Origin: a virus | Virus record (IMG/VR): IMGVR_UViG_3300042197_003319 | Location: 11,238-75,237 of that record | DNA: 64,000 nucleotides | Strand: one strand, 5' to 3' | Part shown: one piece after another, positions 9,493 through 19,486 of the stretch | Layout of the letters: each line of letters starts with the position of its first letter | Position numbering within the stretch: position 1 is the stretch's first letter | Made by a program: the position numbers and the translations under genes | Notes under the pieces: model-generated | Told to the model about the DNA's origin: nothing | Seen by the model: the letters and a program-made list of their open reading frames with translations, nothing else | The model's database searches: none

Positions 9493-10761
9493 ATGGAACT
9501 GTATGACTGGCAGAAGGATTCGGCTGAGGCTCTTTTGGCGAGCCTGCGGGAGCACCATGTCGCAGCGGATTGGAGCGACACCGGCACCGGGAAGACGGCT
9601 AAGGCTGTCTGGGTTGCCAAGCAGTTGGGTAAGCCAGTCGCTATCATCTGCCCAAAAGCCGTAATCCCAGCCTGGAAAAACTGGTGCAAGGAAGCCGGAA
9701 TTGAGCCGACCTTTATCCTCAACTACGAAAAGCTTCGGGCCGGCTCCACGCCATACGGAGACTTTGTTGGTGGGGCCTGGGTATGGTCACAGCCGATTGT
9801 ATACGATCAACTCTTTATCTGGGACGAGGTCCACAAATGCAAAGGACCTAATTCTCTCAACGGGAAGATGTTAATCGCCTCCCGCCCTTACTACACGCTT
9901 ATGTTGTCGGCTACCTTCGCCTCAAACCCCCTCGACATGAAGGCCACCGGGTATGTCCTGGGCTTGCACAAATACGCGGATTTCTGGCCATGGTGCATCA
10001 AGAACGGGGTTAAGAAAGCCCCGTGGGGGGCCATGTCGTACTTTGGGGGGAAAAAGAGCCTGGCCGTGATCCACCAGGCCATGGCCCCTAAATCGAGCCG
10101 GGTCAAGATTCGTGAGCTGGGAGACAAATTCCCCGACAATGAGGTATTCGCGGAAGCCTACGATTGTGGGGATGTTCAAGGCCTATACGACGATCTGGAG
10201 CGCAGATTGGCCGAGTTGGAAGTTAGCAAGGCGGCTGACAAGCCCCACCCGATGACGGAAATCCTGCGGGCGAGGCAGGAATCAGAATTGTTGAGGGTCC
10301 CGATCTTGGCGGACTTGACGGATTCATTGCTCGACGAGGGGAGGTCGGTGGTTATTTTTTGCAATTTTCGTAATTCTCTTGACGCTCTTTTGTCAGTGTT
10401 TAGTAAATCCAGCTCAATGATCTGGGGAGGGCAATCTACCGAGGAGCGCCAGGAGATGATTTCCGATTTCCAGAGCGACAAGACCAACGTGATGTTGTGC
10501 CAGGTCCAGAGCGGTGGCGTAGGTGTGTCCCTGCACGATGAGAACGGTGTTCGCCCTCGTAGTTCCCTCATCTGCCCGACCTATTCCGCCATCGACCTTA
10601 AGCAGGCTCTGGGCCGCATCCACCGGGCCGGGGCCAAGTCCAAGGCTGTGCAAAAAATAATTTTCGCCGCCGGCTCCATTGAGGAGCAGGTGATGAAGAA
10701 AGTCAGAGCGAAACTGAAGAACATCGAAACCCTTAACGACGGAGACATCGAAACGATATGA
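9493..10761 (+). CDS. SF2 (SNF2-like) DNA helicase
   Basis: Q motif LYDWQ, DTGTGKT, DEVH, SAT and QALGRIHR. Confidence 0.9.
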   Translation: MELYDWQKDSAEALLASLREHHVAADWSDTGTGKTAKAVWVAKQLGKPVAIICPKAVIPAWKNWCKEAGIEPTFILNYEKLRAGSTPYGDFVGGAWVWSQPIVYDQLFIWDEVHKCKGPNSLNGKMLIASRPYYTLMLSATFASNPLDMKATGYVLGLHKYADFWPWCIKNGVKKAPWGAMSYFGGKKSLAVIHQAMAPKSSRVKIRELGDKFPDNEVFAEAYDCGDVQGLYDDLERRLAELEVSKAADKPHPMTEILRARQESELLRVPILADLTDSLLDEGRSVVIFCNFRNSLDALLSVFSKSSSMIWGGQSTEERQEMISDFQSDKTNVMLCQVQSGGVGVSLHDENGVRPRSSLICPTYSAIDLKQALGRIHRAGAKSKAVQKIIFAAGSIEEQVMKKVRAKLKNIETLNDGDIETI

Positions 10762-10934
10762 AAACCAAAACTGAAAAGTTAACGGAGCAACTCCAGTTCC
10801 TGGCCAACAGATTCTACGTTCTGGGAGTCCAGTACTTCGAGGGCATCAAGGGGCGGGATATCCCGAAGTGGGAGGATGAACTCCAGGGAGCTGTCGACGA
10901 ATACGAGGATATCCGCGACGAGTGGGTTAGCTGA
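10758..10934 (+). CDS. hypothetical protein (58 aa, not in ORF track)
   Basis: MKTKTEKLTEQLQFLANRF...; ATGA and TGATG overlaps with both neighbours. Confidence 0.6.
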   Translation: MKTKTEKLTEQLQFLANRFYVLGVQYFEGIKGRDIPKWEDELQGAVDEYEDIRDEWVS

Positions 10935-12040
10935 TGGGCGCACACCACGAGTTCTCCCCTTCCCAGTTGATGTACCGGGAGGCGTGTCCCGGTTGGAAGA
11001 CCGAGGAGGGCGAGCAGTCTGTCCAGGCGGCGGAGGGCACGATGATGCACCAGGCCCTGGAGACCGGGGATCTTAAGGGGCTCAATGAGGAGCAGTCCCG
11101 TTGCGTCAACATGGTTAGTGAGCTGTTTGCGGGAATGCGGGAAGAGCTTGAGACCGAAGGCCCCAAGGCTGAGGTCCACCAAGAGCTGAGACTTGGAATC
11201 ATGGGGCTGACCTTTGGGACCGCCGACCTTGTCCTGGTTAACGGAACCAACGCCAAAATCGGGGACGCCAAGTTCGGGTGGAACGCCGTTGAAGATGCAG
11301 AAACCAATCTCCAGGGCTGGGCTTATGCCATCGGTGTGTACGAAAAATGGCCTTCGGTGGAGTGCGTCGAGGTTGTCTTCGCCCAGCCGAGGCTGGACAC
11401 CGTAAGCAGGGCGCAGTTTTACCGGAAGACCGACCTGGAGCGCATGAGGCTTCGGGTAATGACGGTCATCGCTAGGGCCAAGGACCACAAACCGGAAGAC
11501 TTGAGGCCCAGCGAGTTCACCTGCCTTTACTGCGGGGCCAAGGCCACCTGCACGGCGCTCCACAAGAAAGCCCTGGTCATTTCCAGCAAATTTGTCGAGC
11601 TGACTCCAGACCAGCAGCTTCTGGACATTTACAACCCGGAGCAACTGGCCACGCCAGAGTTGCGGGGGAAGGCGGAAATTCTGCGGAGAATCTTGGAGCC
11701 TTGGTGCGACAAGGTACGCAAAGAGAACTTACGGCATGTCCTTGAGACCGGAGAGGAAATTCCTGGTTTCGAGGTCAAATCGCGTGCGGGACGCCGATCT
11801 GTCACAGACCCGCAAATCACATGGGAACTGGTCAAGGACCGGCTGACTCCTGAGGAGTTTGCCGGAGTGACCGAGGTCTCAGTGGCGCAACTGCTCAAAG
11901 CCTATTCCGACAAGGCTCCGCGAGGGGCCAAGGAAAAGCTCAAGCAAGAAATCGAGGATCGGCTCACCGATGCGGGAATTCTGCAAGGGGGAGACGAAAT
12001 TCGGTACCTACAACGAACAAAGGAAAAACAAAACAAATGA
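10934..12040 (+). CDS. DUF2800 / Cas4-like PD-(D/E)XK exonuclease
   Basis: HHEFSPS..C, FGTADLV..IGDAKFG, QGWAYA, C-x2-C-x5-C (Fe-S cluster) motifs. Confidence 0.85.
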   Translation: MGAHHEFSPSQLMYREACPGWKTEEGEQSVQAAEGTMMHQALETGDLKGLNEEQSRCVNMVSELFAGMREELETEGPKAEVHQELRLGIMGLTFGTADLVLVNGTNAKIGDAKFGWNAVEDAETNLQGWAYAIGVYEKWPSVECVEVVFAQPRLDTVSRAQFYRKTDLERMRLRVMTVIARAKDHKPEDLRPSEFTCLYCGAKATCTALHKKALVISSKFVELTPDQQLLDIYNPEQLATPELRGKAEILRRILEPWCDKVRKENLRHVLETGEEIPGFEVKSRAGRRSVTDPQITWELVKDRLTPEEFAGVTEVSVAQLLKAYSDKAPRGAKEKLKQEIEDRLTDAGILQGGDEIRYLQRTKEKQNK

Positions 12041-12792
12041 AAACATCATTCGCCAAACCGGCGACCAAACCCCAGCCCCGTGCCGTTGCGCCCGTAGAAG
12101 AGCCATCGGAATCCGCGGAGCTGGCCACCACCGAAACCGCCTCGACCAGCCTGGCCATCCAGGGATCGGTCGACGGCCAGATCCAGGGCGAGTTCAGCCG
12201 TCGGGACCTCACGATCCCGAAGATGAACCTCGTCAACAAGACCGGGGAACTCTCCAACCAGTTCTCTCCTGGCTCCTTCGTCTACAACCGGGAGGTTCTC
12301 CTGGGTGACGGCAAGAAGCCGGCGACCATCACGGTAACCCGGATCGCCAAGTTCTATCTCCAGGATGTCCCCTACGGCTCCGGCGAGATGCCCAAGAACT
12401 TCACCTCCATCCGTGACGTGCGGGCGGCGGGTGGAGCTCTTGCCGGCGATCAGGACGTGGAAGAGGGTACGGACACCTACTCCGAGGCCATGACCTGCAT
12501 TGTGCTGGTCAAGTCTCCGGCCAAGGCCCACCCGCTCTTCCCGTTTGAGTTCGGGGGAGATCACTACGCCATGGCTCAGTGGCTTCTCACGAAGTCAGCC
12601 TACAAGGCCACGGGTCGCAAGCTCTTCACGGACTCGCAACTCGCCCTCCGTGACGGGATCGACACGGCAGCCTACGAGCTGACCTCCAGTCTCCGCACCA
12701 ACAGCGCGGCCAGCTGGTACGTACCCACGGTCAAGTTGGCCACACGCCACACGCCCGAGTTCATCGAATTCGTGCGCGGCCTGGTCAAATAA
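12037..12792 (+). CDS. putative single-stranded DNA-binding/annealing protein
   Basis: Between exonuclease and polymerase; DLTIPKMNLV motif; strong codon bias. Confidence 0.55.
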   Translation: MKTSFAKPATKPQPRAVAPVEEPSESAELATTETASTSLAIQGSVDGQIQGEFSRRDLTIPKMNLVNKTGELSNQFSPGSFVYNREVLLGDGKKPATITVTRIAKFYLQDVPYGSGEMPKNFTSIRDVRAAGGALAGDQDVEEGTDTYSEAMTCIVLVKSPAKAHPLFPFEFGGDHYAMAQWLLTKSAYKATGRKLFTDSQLALRDGIDTAAYELTSSLRTNSAASWYVPTVKLATRHTPEFIEFVRGLVK

Positions 12793-12793
12793 C

Positions 12794-13174
12794 ATGACGG
12801 AAGTTCCCACCCATGGTGTGCAGGGAGAACCTGCAACGGCCACCCAACCTGACAGTGCCTCCTCGGCTTTTGAAACAGGTGCGGAACTTTACTGCCCGTC
12901 CGTGACGGAAGTCGCGGACATGGCCTGGGACGTGATCCACCGGATCATGTCCAGGGGCAGCGATAAAAGCGTGTTTGGCCAATGGTTTCACACCGACAGC
13001 CGCAGATACAACGCCGACCGATGCATCAACCACATCTGCCAGGCGATGATGCAGCTGGACGGAAACCGTCCGGCCAAGGACGCAAACGGAGAGGACGCAG
13101 TGGATCATCTGGAACGCGGGATGGTGAGAGCCGCGTTCTTGCTCTTCAAAACCAAGAAAGGAAAAGTTGAATGA
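12794..13174 (+). CDS. divergent DUF5664 / dATP-dGTP diphosphohydrolase-like domain protein
   Basis: IMSRGSDK...W...RY..DR..NH...G...D...DHL...RAAFL follows the G..KY...W / RH / D...HL pattern of that family. Confidence 0.5.
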   Translation: MTEVPTHGVQGEPATATQPDSASSAFETGAELYCPSVTEVADMAWDVIHRIMSRGSDKSVFGQWFHTDSRRYNADRCINHICQAMMQLDGNRPAKDANGEDAVDHLERGMVRAAFLLFKTKKGKVE

Positions 13175-13479
13175 AGAACAAAAAACAAAATAACAAGAAA
13201 CAGAAAGTCGGGGTCAAGGTGGACATGGACAAGGATCTGGCCAAGTACGCCCAGCGGGTAAACCAAGACGAGCTGGGGATCATCCAGTGCTTGGGTAGCA
13301 AGGATATCGAGATGTGCGAAGTCAGCTTCCAGACGGACGACAAGACTTTCGCCAAGGTCGCGGATATCGGAAGGGATCTGATCCAGTCCGATAAACACAA
13401 GCTTTTTGGGTACGCCATCGTCCGGGCCATCGAGGACGTGATCGCCGAGGAGAAGGGGAAAAAATGTTCGAGGGCTTGA
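13171..13479 (+). CDS. hypothetical protein
   Basis: ATGA-coupled ORF in the replication operon. Confidence 0.6.
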   Translation: MKNKKQNNKKQKVGVKVDMDKDLAKYAQRVNQDELGIIQCLGSKDIEMCEVSFQTDDKTFAKVADIGRDLIQSDKHKLFGYAIVRAIEDVIAEEKGKKCSRA

Positions 13480-13637
13480 GAATGAGGCTTTTCGTATGGC
13501 TAGCAACCAGATGGTTCCCTCACCTCACGTTCTCCACGGACCCGACGACTGGATCCGTCGTTACTATGATTTTTTCCTGCAAAGAGGAAACAGTCGACCG
13601 GGTCATGTCGTGGATGGTCAAGGAGGAGCTTCTGTGA
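13464..13637 (+). CDS. hypothetical protein (57 aa, not in ORF track)
   Basis: MFEGLRMRLFVWLATRW...; purine-rich SD; stop overlaps the next GTG. Confidence 0.5.
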   Translation: MFEGLRMRLFVWLATRWFPHLTFSTDPTTGSVVTMIFSCKEETVDRVMSWMVKEELL

Positions 13638-13891
13638 GCGAGCGTGAACTTAACCGGCTACGAGACTTTTACCACGGTCTGACCGACGAGCTGGGGCGGG
13701 TGCGCCAACACGCCGAGGAGGCAAATAAGGTCTCCGAGGGCCTGATGCACCTCTGCCAGGATCACCTGACCATCCTGGCGGATTTGGAGCAGCAGAACGC
13801 CGACCTTAGGCGGGAGAACCGAAACATCAGGGAAAAACTCAATCAACAACTTAAGGAGGACGACAGATGCAAAACATTATTGTCGGCCTGA
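13634..13891 (+). CDS. coiled-coil hypothetical protein
   Basis: GTG start with AGGAGG SD; heptad-rich. Confidence 0.6.
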   Translation: MSERELNRLRDFYHGLTDELGRVRQHAEEANKVSEGLMHLCQDHLTILADLEQQNADLRRENRNIREKLNQQLKEDDRCKTLLSA

Positions 13892-14094
13892 TCCTGGGAT
13901 GGATCGGCCATTACACCTGGGTGTGGCTAAGGCACCGCTCGGTGTTCCACACCACCGCCTACACGACCAGTTCCGGGAAGACATCGTACGTCTCGTACAC
14001 ATGGCCGAAAAAATTGAAGCTCCCGGGCAATATGTGGCCTTTCCGGAAGGCCGAGGATGTCTTCGTGGGCAAGAAGCGCGGGAGGAAAAAATGA
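13867..14094 (+). CDS. small membrane protein
   Basis: N-terminal hydrophobic segment, AGGAGG SD. Confidence 0.55.
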   Translation: MQNIIVGLILGWIGHYTWVWLRHRSVFHTTAYTTSSGKTSYVSYTWPKKLKLPGNMWPFRKAEDVFVGKKRGRKK

Positions 14095-14210
14095 TCGAAG
14101 CCATTAAATACGTGTTTTTTGCGGCAGGAATCGTGGCCACGACGATGCTGATCGTGTCTGTCGCCTGCTTCGGGGCCTGGCTCTTTGACAAGTGGAGGAA
14201 AGAGCGATGA
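14091..14210 (+). CDS. small membrane protein
   Basis: MIEAIKYVFFAAGIVATTMLIVSVACFGAWLF single TM; GGAGG SD; ATGA overlap. Confidence 0.5.
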   Translation: MIEAIKYVFFAAGIVATTMLIVSVACFGAWLFDKWRKER

Positions 14211-14410
14211 CCGGCCAACCCATCCCCACCACCGAGGATATCCGTTTGGCCCGAGTGGAGAAGTCCATCGAGACCCTGGAAGCGGAGAACTTCGGACTGA
14301 AACAAAGGATCAAGGAATTGGAAGACCAGATCCGCTACGACTTCACTCCCCTCACGGAGCCCATCGAGGTCATCGGGTCCTGGCACAAAACGAAAGGAAA
14401 CAGCCTATGA
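14207..14410 (+). CDS. short coiled-coil hypothetical protein
   Basis: ATGA-coupled, GGAGG SD. Confidence 0.55.
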   Translation: MTGQPIPTTEDIRLARVEKSIETLEAENFGLKQRIKELEDQIRYDFTPLTEPIEVIGSWHKTKGNSL

Positions 14411-14613
14411 GCGTTGATGTGAGAATCCGTGCCGTCGAGGACACGGAAAACGACAAACTTCGGTTTGAGATTCATTTGGACCGGTACGGGGCCACGGATC
14501 TGGAATTGGCGGCGGCACAGAGGATTTATCCCAAGGTCGCCAACCTGCTCGAGATCGTCACCCACGAGGTCGAGAATCCACCGGAGGAACCCTCAAGAAT
14601 CATCGTTCCCTGA
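14407..14613 (+). CDS. hypothetical protein
   Basis: MSVDVRIRAVED...; coupled to the polymerase start. Confidence 0.55.
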   Translation: MSVDVRIRAVEDTENDKLRFEIHLDRYGATDLELAAAQRIYPKVANLLEIVTHEVENPPEEPSRIIVP

Positions 14614-16370
14614 TGTACGCCGTCGACTTTGAGACGACGTACTCCAGTGACGTCAACATAGATGCGCTTGGGCAGTGGCACTATCTGCGCCACCCGTCCA
14701 CCGACATCTATCTGGTGTCCATCGTCGGACCGGACGTGGAGTATGTGGGACGACCTGAACAGGCCCCATGGGACAGGATCAACGGGAAGCACTGGGTCGC
14801 GCACAACTACTCCTTCGACGGGGCGGTGATGCAGGTGCTGCGGGAGCGGGAGGTTACCAAGGCCCTTCCTAGCACCTTCACCTGCACGGCCAACCTGTCG
14901 GTCTTTATGGGGGCTCCCCGTAATTTGGGGGGTGCGTCCAAGGAGCTTTTGGGGGTGAAGGTGGACAAGGACCCCAGGGCTTTTATGAAAGGCAAGACCT
15001 GGAACGACGTTGTCGCTCTGGGCAAGGCCAAGGAGATCGAGGACTACGCCCTCAATGACTCCAAGCACTGCCTGGATCTGGCGAAAACTTTTTCGGCCAG
15101 GATGCCGGAGATAGAGCAGAGGCTATCGCGGCACACCATTGAGATGGGCTGGCGCGGGTTTTGCGTGGATTCGGACCTGGTCGACAAGGGCCTCAACGTC
15201 CTGGACTGGACAAGAATCAAGGCCAACGAAAAGCTCCCCTGGGCCAACGACGACCACACCGGAGAGGTCTTAAAGGTCAGTGAGCTGGCCAGAGCCTGCC
15301 GGGAGGCCGGCATCCCGGTGCCTCCCTCGACGTCGGAGGACGACCCGGCCTGCATTCGCTGGGAGGAGGAATTCGGGGAGAAATTCCCATGGGTCGGGGC
15401 GATGCGGGATTGGCGCAAGGCCAACATGCTGTTTACCAAGATGGAGATTCTCTGGAAACGCCGGCGTCCGGACGGGACGGTCCCATTCGGTTTAAAATAT
15501 TTCGGGGCCCAGACAGGCCGGTGGTCGGGGGAATCCAAGTTCAATTTTCAAAATCTCCCCAAGGGAGAAATACATGGAGTCGACCTCAGGGCCTGCATTG
15601 TACCCAGAGCGGGGAAGAAATTCATCATCTCCGATTTGGCACAGATTGAGCCACGGGTTCTAGCGTGGCTCTGCGGGGACGAAACTCTCCTTAACGCGAT
15701 ACGTCATGGCTACGGAATCTACGAGGCATTTGCGGTAGCCTCCGGGATCTGGAACGGAAACAAGGGCACGCTCAAGAAGGGCGATCCGGCCAAGTACGCC
15801 TTGGCCAAAGCCCAGGTCCTGGGGCTGGGCTACGGCTGCGGGTATAAGAAGTTCGTTCTGGTGGCCAGGATGATGGCTGGTCTTGACTTAAATGAGGTAA
15901 GATCAAAGGAGATCGTCGACAACTACCGGCGCAAGAACCAAAAGGTCGTCAGTCTTTGGAACAAGCTCGAGCGGACCTTCCGGGAATCCCAGAACGAGGA
16001 CTGCCACATCGAGCTGCCGTCGGGTCGGGCGCAAAAGTATTTCGGGATTTCCAGCCAGATGGGGCCCCACGGGCGTCCCGACTGGAGGGCGAGCGTCAAC
16101 ATGGGCGGACCCAAGTTCCCCTTCTGGGGCGGGAAGCTGTGCGAGAACCTGGTCCAGGCCACCGCCCGGGACGTGTTTGGCGAGTGCCTGCTGCGCCTGG
16201 AAGACGCCGGCCTCCAGGTCCTGGCCCACGTCCATGACGAGGTGATTTTGGAAGTCGACCCGGACGTGACCTGCGAGGACGTCAACCGCCTGATGGCCGT
16301 GACCCCCGACTGGCTGGAGGGCTGCCCCATCGAGGCCGAGTCCCACGAGGCGGAGTGTTACAAGAAATGA
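14613..16370 (+). CDS. family A DNA polymerase with 3'-5' exonuclease
   Basis: ExoI DFET, ExoII AHNYSFD, ExoIII YALND; TGRWS; motif A DLAQIEPR; motif B KAQVLGLGYG; motif C HVHDE. Confidence 0.95.
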   Translation: MYAVDFETTYSSDVNIDALGQWHYLRHPSTDIYLVSIVGPDVEYVGRPEQAPWDRINGKHWVAHNYSFDGAVMQVLREREVTKALPSTFTCTANLSVFMGAPRNLGGASKELLGVKVDKDPRAFMKGKTWNDVVALGKAKEIEDYALNDSKHCLDLAKTFSARMPEIEQRLSRHTIEMGWRGFCVDSDLVDKGLNVLDWTRIKANEKLPWANDDHTGEVLKVSELARACREAGIPVPPSTSEDDPACIRWEEEFGEKFPWVGAMRDWRKANMLFTKMEILWKRRRPDGTVPFGLKYFGAQTGRWSGESKFNFQNLPKGEIHGVDLRACIVPRAGKKFIISDLAQIEPRVLAWLCGDETLLNAIRHGYGIYEAFAVASGIWNGNKGTLKKGDPAKYALAKAQVLGLGYGCGYKKFVLVARMMAGLDLNEVRSKEIVDNYRRKNQKVVSLWNKLERTFRESQNEDCHIELPSGRAQKYFGISSQMGPHGRPDWRASVNMGGPKFPFWGGKLCENLVQATARDVFGECLLRLEDAGLQVLAHVHDEVILEVDPDVTCEDVNRLMAVTPDWLEGCPIEAESHEAECYKK

Positions 16371-16436
16371 AATACAAGCCCCACTTCAACCCGACTTTTG
16401 GAAGATGGAAAACCGCACCCTACGGAAGGAACCAGA

Positions 16437-16568
16437 ATGAAAAAACCCAAATGGAGAAAATGTCTGAGATGTGGAAAGCGTTTCACCGAAGAGTCTCTGC
16501 TCTGCTCGGTCTGCGACGCCAAGCCCACAAAACCAAAAAGGCTAAGGGCCAAAAGAGGTAGAAAATGA
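16437..16568 (+). CDS. small basic zinc-ribbon protein (43 aa, not in ORF track)
   Basis: MKKPKWRKCLRCGKRFTEESLLCSVCDAK... has CxxC-x10-CxxC; GGAAGG SD; TGA overlaps the next ATG. Confidence 0.6.
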   Translation: MKKPKWRKCLRCGKRFTEESLLCSVCDAKPTKPKRLRAKRGRK

Positions 16569-16828
16569 AATTCACATTCATCGGAGATTCCGTCGAACCA
16601 CCCTGTGAGACCTACCATACTCGAGGTTTGTGTGCGATCCCCACCAAAACCACCCTTGAGTTCGAGGCCGAGACCCTTGACACCGTCTTGTCGCAATTCA
16701 AGCAGTTCCTCCAGGGGTGTGGCTACGTAGTCGATGGTGAGCTCGAAATCTATAGGGACGAAACCAGCCCAGGAACCGAGATCACCGACAGGCTCCGCAA
16801 AGAAATGCATGGGGGGAAAGAAAAGTGA
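16565..16828 (+). CDS. hypothetical phage protein
   Basis: LEFEAETLDTVLSQFKQFLQGCGY motif resembles small aquatic-phage proteins. Confidence 0.6.
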   Translation: MKFTFIGDSVEPPCETYHTRGLCAIPTKTTLEFEAETLDTVLSQFKQFLQGCGYVVDGELEIYRDETSPGTEITDRLRKEMHGGKEK

Positions 16829-17097
16829 AACTCCCAAGCTGGCGGCCCCACGACGAGGTGCCGGAGACAAACCACGATCTGACCAAGCGGGTGGCAGACC
16901 TGGAGAACAGGTTTACCAACCTGTGGCTGACCGTGGGTGATTACGTCGGCCGCCTCAAGTCACTCGAACTCCACGAGCAGTGGCGGGGGGAGTACGACAT
17001 GCGGGAGATGGATCTCTACCACAAAGCCAAGATCAAGGCGTGGATGAACGAGGAAGAGACACTTTCGAAGCCCAAAAAGAAACGGAAGAAAAAATGA
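16825..17097 (+). CDS. hypothetical protein
   Basis: GTGA-coupled ORF. Confidence 0.55.
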   Translation: MKLPSWRPHDEVPETNHDLTKRVADLENRFTNLWLTVGDYVGRLKSLELHEQWRGEYDMREMDLYHKAKIKAWMNEEETLSKPKKKRKKK

Positions 17098-17318
17098 GTC
17101 AGTGGACTTTCCTGCCAACCGAACGCTGGGTGCAGACGCCGAAAGGTGAAGGCATCTGGCTTGCGGTCATTGACTACGGAAAGTCCGACAATCCCATCTA
17201 CCTGGTTGAGCTCAACGAAGACGGCAAACACATCTGCGTCGACATGAGCGAGATCCGGGGAACCGAAAACCAGATGTTTGGCATCAAACGGCCTGACCTG
17301 CCTGAAAGGACCATGTGA
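17094..17318 (+). CDS. hypothetical phage protein
   Basis: VQTPKGEG..LAVIDYG motif; ATGA overlap. Confidence 0.6.
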   Translation: MSQWTFLPTERWVQTPKGEGIWLAVIDYGKSDNPIYLVELNEDGKHICVDMSEIRGTENQMFGIKRPDLPERTM

Positions 17319-19456
17319 AGACCACCCTATTTAGAATCCCCAACCTCCAATCCCGTAGCGCCGAACCCATTAAACCGTGGGACGTGGGTTCCCTTTCCTT
17401 CCCGACCTTCAAAGAGAAGGAGGAGTTCCGCAAGTGGTGCGCCGAGGACACCACCGACTACGTCTTTGTTTCCAGCTTCGAGGGTTTGAACCCGCACGTT
17501 CGGGTCAGCAAATCGAATGAGCCTTTCAAGATGCACGGCCTGATTGCCGATTATGACGCTCCCTTGACCGACGAGCAGCTCCTGGAAGGTCTGGCCCGCG
17601 GGTCCAAGCCTGGCTTCAAGCCCATGTACGCCCACAAGACCTTCTCCTCCGGAGCCCGTGTGGTCTGGATGTTTGAGGAGCCGGTCTATGTGCTGCCGGG
17701 AGTACTGAAAGAATTCCTCCACCTGCTGGTCAAGGAGACCAAGGCCAAGACCTTGTTCCCCAGAATGGACGAGGCCATCTACAAGCCCGACCAGTACTAC
17801 GCCTGGTTTCCGGGAGCGGTGAAGTTCGCCGACCAGCCCATCCGCACCGAGGCCGTCCACAGCGTCCTGTCCGAGGCCGTAGAGAAATCCAAGAAGTACC
17901 GGGGCGAAGGGGAGATTCACATTCCCCTGGATCGGGTTTACGCGAAGGTTCAGGAGGTCTATCCGGGCCGGTGGACAGGGGCCTTCGAGGAAGGTTTGCG
18001 GGGACCGCTGTTCTGGATCGAGGATAACATCGACCGGACCGGTGCCCAGGTCACCAAGACCGGGATGATCTCCTACTCGACCCGCTCGACCAAGGGCTTC
18101 ATGTCCTGGGCGGATCTGTTCGGGGCTGGCTGGGTCCAGGAATTCGTCGAGGACCGCTACGGCGGCCCACTTCAGACCTTCTGGTATGACGGCAAGTTTT
18201 ATTGGAAAAAGGACCTGGAGGGAAACTGGCGCAATTCCGGAAAGGACGACACCCGCCACGATATCGTCGGGTCCTTTGGTTTATCCTCCTGTCCGGACAG
18301 CCGTGGGGATCTTTCCGAAGCCGACGAGTCCATGCGCCGCATCCGGGAGTCGCGGATTGTAAACGGGTCACTCCCTGCCCTCTACGACCCGCGGGACATC
18401 GTCGTCCAGAACGGGGAAAGAATGCTTAACATCTCCCGGATCAAGGTCATTCAGCCCGAGGAAGGCAGACACGAATGGGGCCAGGGCTTCCCCTGGCTGG
18501 CCAAGTTTTTCGACACCGCCATCGAGCCCCATGAATCGCTCCCCTACCTCATGGGTTGGCTGAAACATTTCTACTGCTCAGCCTTGCGGGGGAACCTCAT
18601 GCCTGGGCAGGCTGTCTTCGTCGCCGGCGACGTGGGCCTGGGGAAGACATTCTTCGGCACCGAGATCGTAGCCCGGCTGATGGGGGGTGGCGCCAACGCC
18701 TCCGATTACCTCGTCCACGGGTCGACCTTTAACGCAGAACTCTTTAACTACGCCGTCTGGAACGTGGACGACGCCAGCTCAGCTGATTCCAGCGAGGCTC
18801 ATCGCCACTACAGCCGAATGATCAAGCAGGGGGTGGCCAACACAAGGCACTCCTACCACAGGAAGTTCATGGACCAGGTCACACTTGAATGGCGGGGCCG
18901 GATCATCCAGACGCTGAACGACGATCCTGAATCCGTCCAGGCTGTGCCCCATACCGACGGAAGTATTCTGGACAAGATCAGCCTCTTCAAGTTCCAGGCC
19001 CACGGCATGTTTGACAGTATCAAAAGATGTGACATTCCAGCGATGTTGGCAAAAGAATTGCCCCACTTTGCAGCCTGGTTGAGGGACTGGGAGGTTCCGG
19101 ATCATGTGGTCGGCGATACTCGATACGGTGTCAAATCCTACCACCATCCTCTGCTCCTGGCCGAAAGTCGTGCCTCCTCGGCCAACCACAGCTTCATGGA
19201 GTATTTGGACGTCTTCCTGCGCCAATACAAGGCCGACCATCCAGAAGAGACGAGCTGGAAGGGGCCGGCGATCGATCTCCTACTAGCCTTCCAGAACGAC
19301 GCCAAGCTGTCGGGTAGCGTGAAGATGTTTATCTCAAGCTCACGCCACCTAGGCAAAATGTTGGCGAACCTGTCAGTTATCAAGGGCAGCGGTATAAAGC
19401 GAATGCTGAAGCTAGACGGGGTTACTCAATGGAAAATTGACTTGCCGACCGATTGA
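17315..19456 (+). CDS. primase-helicase (AEP/primpol N-terminus + SF3/D5-like NTPase)
   Basis: hhhDxD (LIADYD), HKTFS motif II, Walker A GDVGLGKT, Walker B WNVDD, motif C TLN. Confidence 0.85.
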   Translation: MKTTLFRIPNLQSRSAEPIKPWDVGSLSFPTFKEKEEFRKWCAEDTTDYVFVSSFEGLNPHVRVSKSNEPFKMHGLIADYDAPLTDEQLLEGLARGSKPGFKPMYAHKTFSSGARVVWMFEEPVYVLPGVLKEFLHLLVKETKAKTLFPRMDEAIYKPDQYYAWFPGAVKFADQPIRTEAVHSVLSEAVEKSKKYRGEGEIHIPLDRVYAKVQEVYPGRWTGAFEEGLRGPLFWIEDNIDRTGAQVTKTGMISYSTRSTKGFMSWADLFGAGWVQEFVEDRYGGPLQTFWYDGKFYWKKDLEGNWRNSGKDDTRHDIVGSFGLSSCPDSRGDLSEADESMRRIRESRIVNGSLPALYDPRDIVVQNGERMLNISRIKVIQPEEGRHEWGQGFPWLAKFFDTAIEPHESLPYLMGWLKHFYCSALRGNLMPGQAVFVAGDVGLGKTFFGTEIVARLMGGGANASDYLVHGSTFNAELFNYAVWNVDDASSADSSEAHRHYSRMIKQGVANTRHSYHRKFMDQVTLEWRGRIIQTLNDDPESVQAVPHTDGSILDKISLFKFQAHGMFDSIKRCDIPAMLAKELPHFAAWLRDWEVPDHVVGDTRYGVKSYHHPLLLAESRASSANHSFMEYLDVFLRQYKADHPEETSWKGPAIDLLLAFQNDAKLSGSVKMFISSSRHLGKMLANLSVIKGSGIKRMLKLDGVTQWKIDLPTD

Positions 19457-19486
19457 CAATCTTAAACACCAACTACAATAAATCCA

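Noticed and set aside
10934-12040. Cas4-like nuclease as sign of a CRISPR system
   Set aside because: No repeat-spacer array or other cas genes are seen; the context is a standard phage replication module.
12794-13174. Z-genome (2-aminoadenine) pathway
   Set aside because: Only a divergent DUF5664-like gene is present; no PurZ or DatZ in the window.
13496-13633. N-terminal extension of ORF 13496-13891
   Set aside because: Better explained by a separate ORF 13464-13637 and a GTG start at 13634 with AGGAGG.
16355-16561. 68-aa ORF from the track
   Set aside because: The overlapping frame 16437-16568 encodes a clear CxxC-CxxC protein with SD and stop/start coupling.
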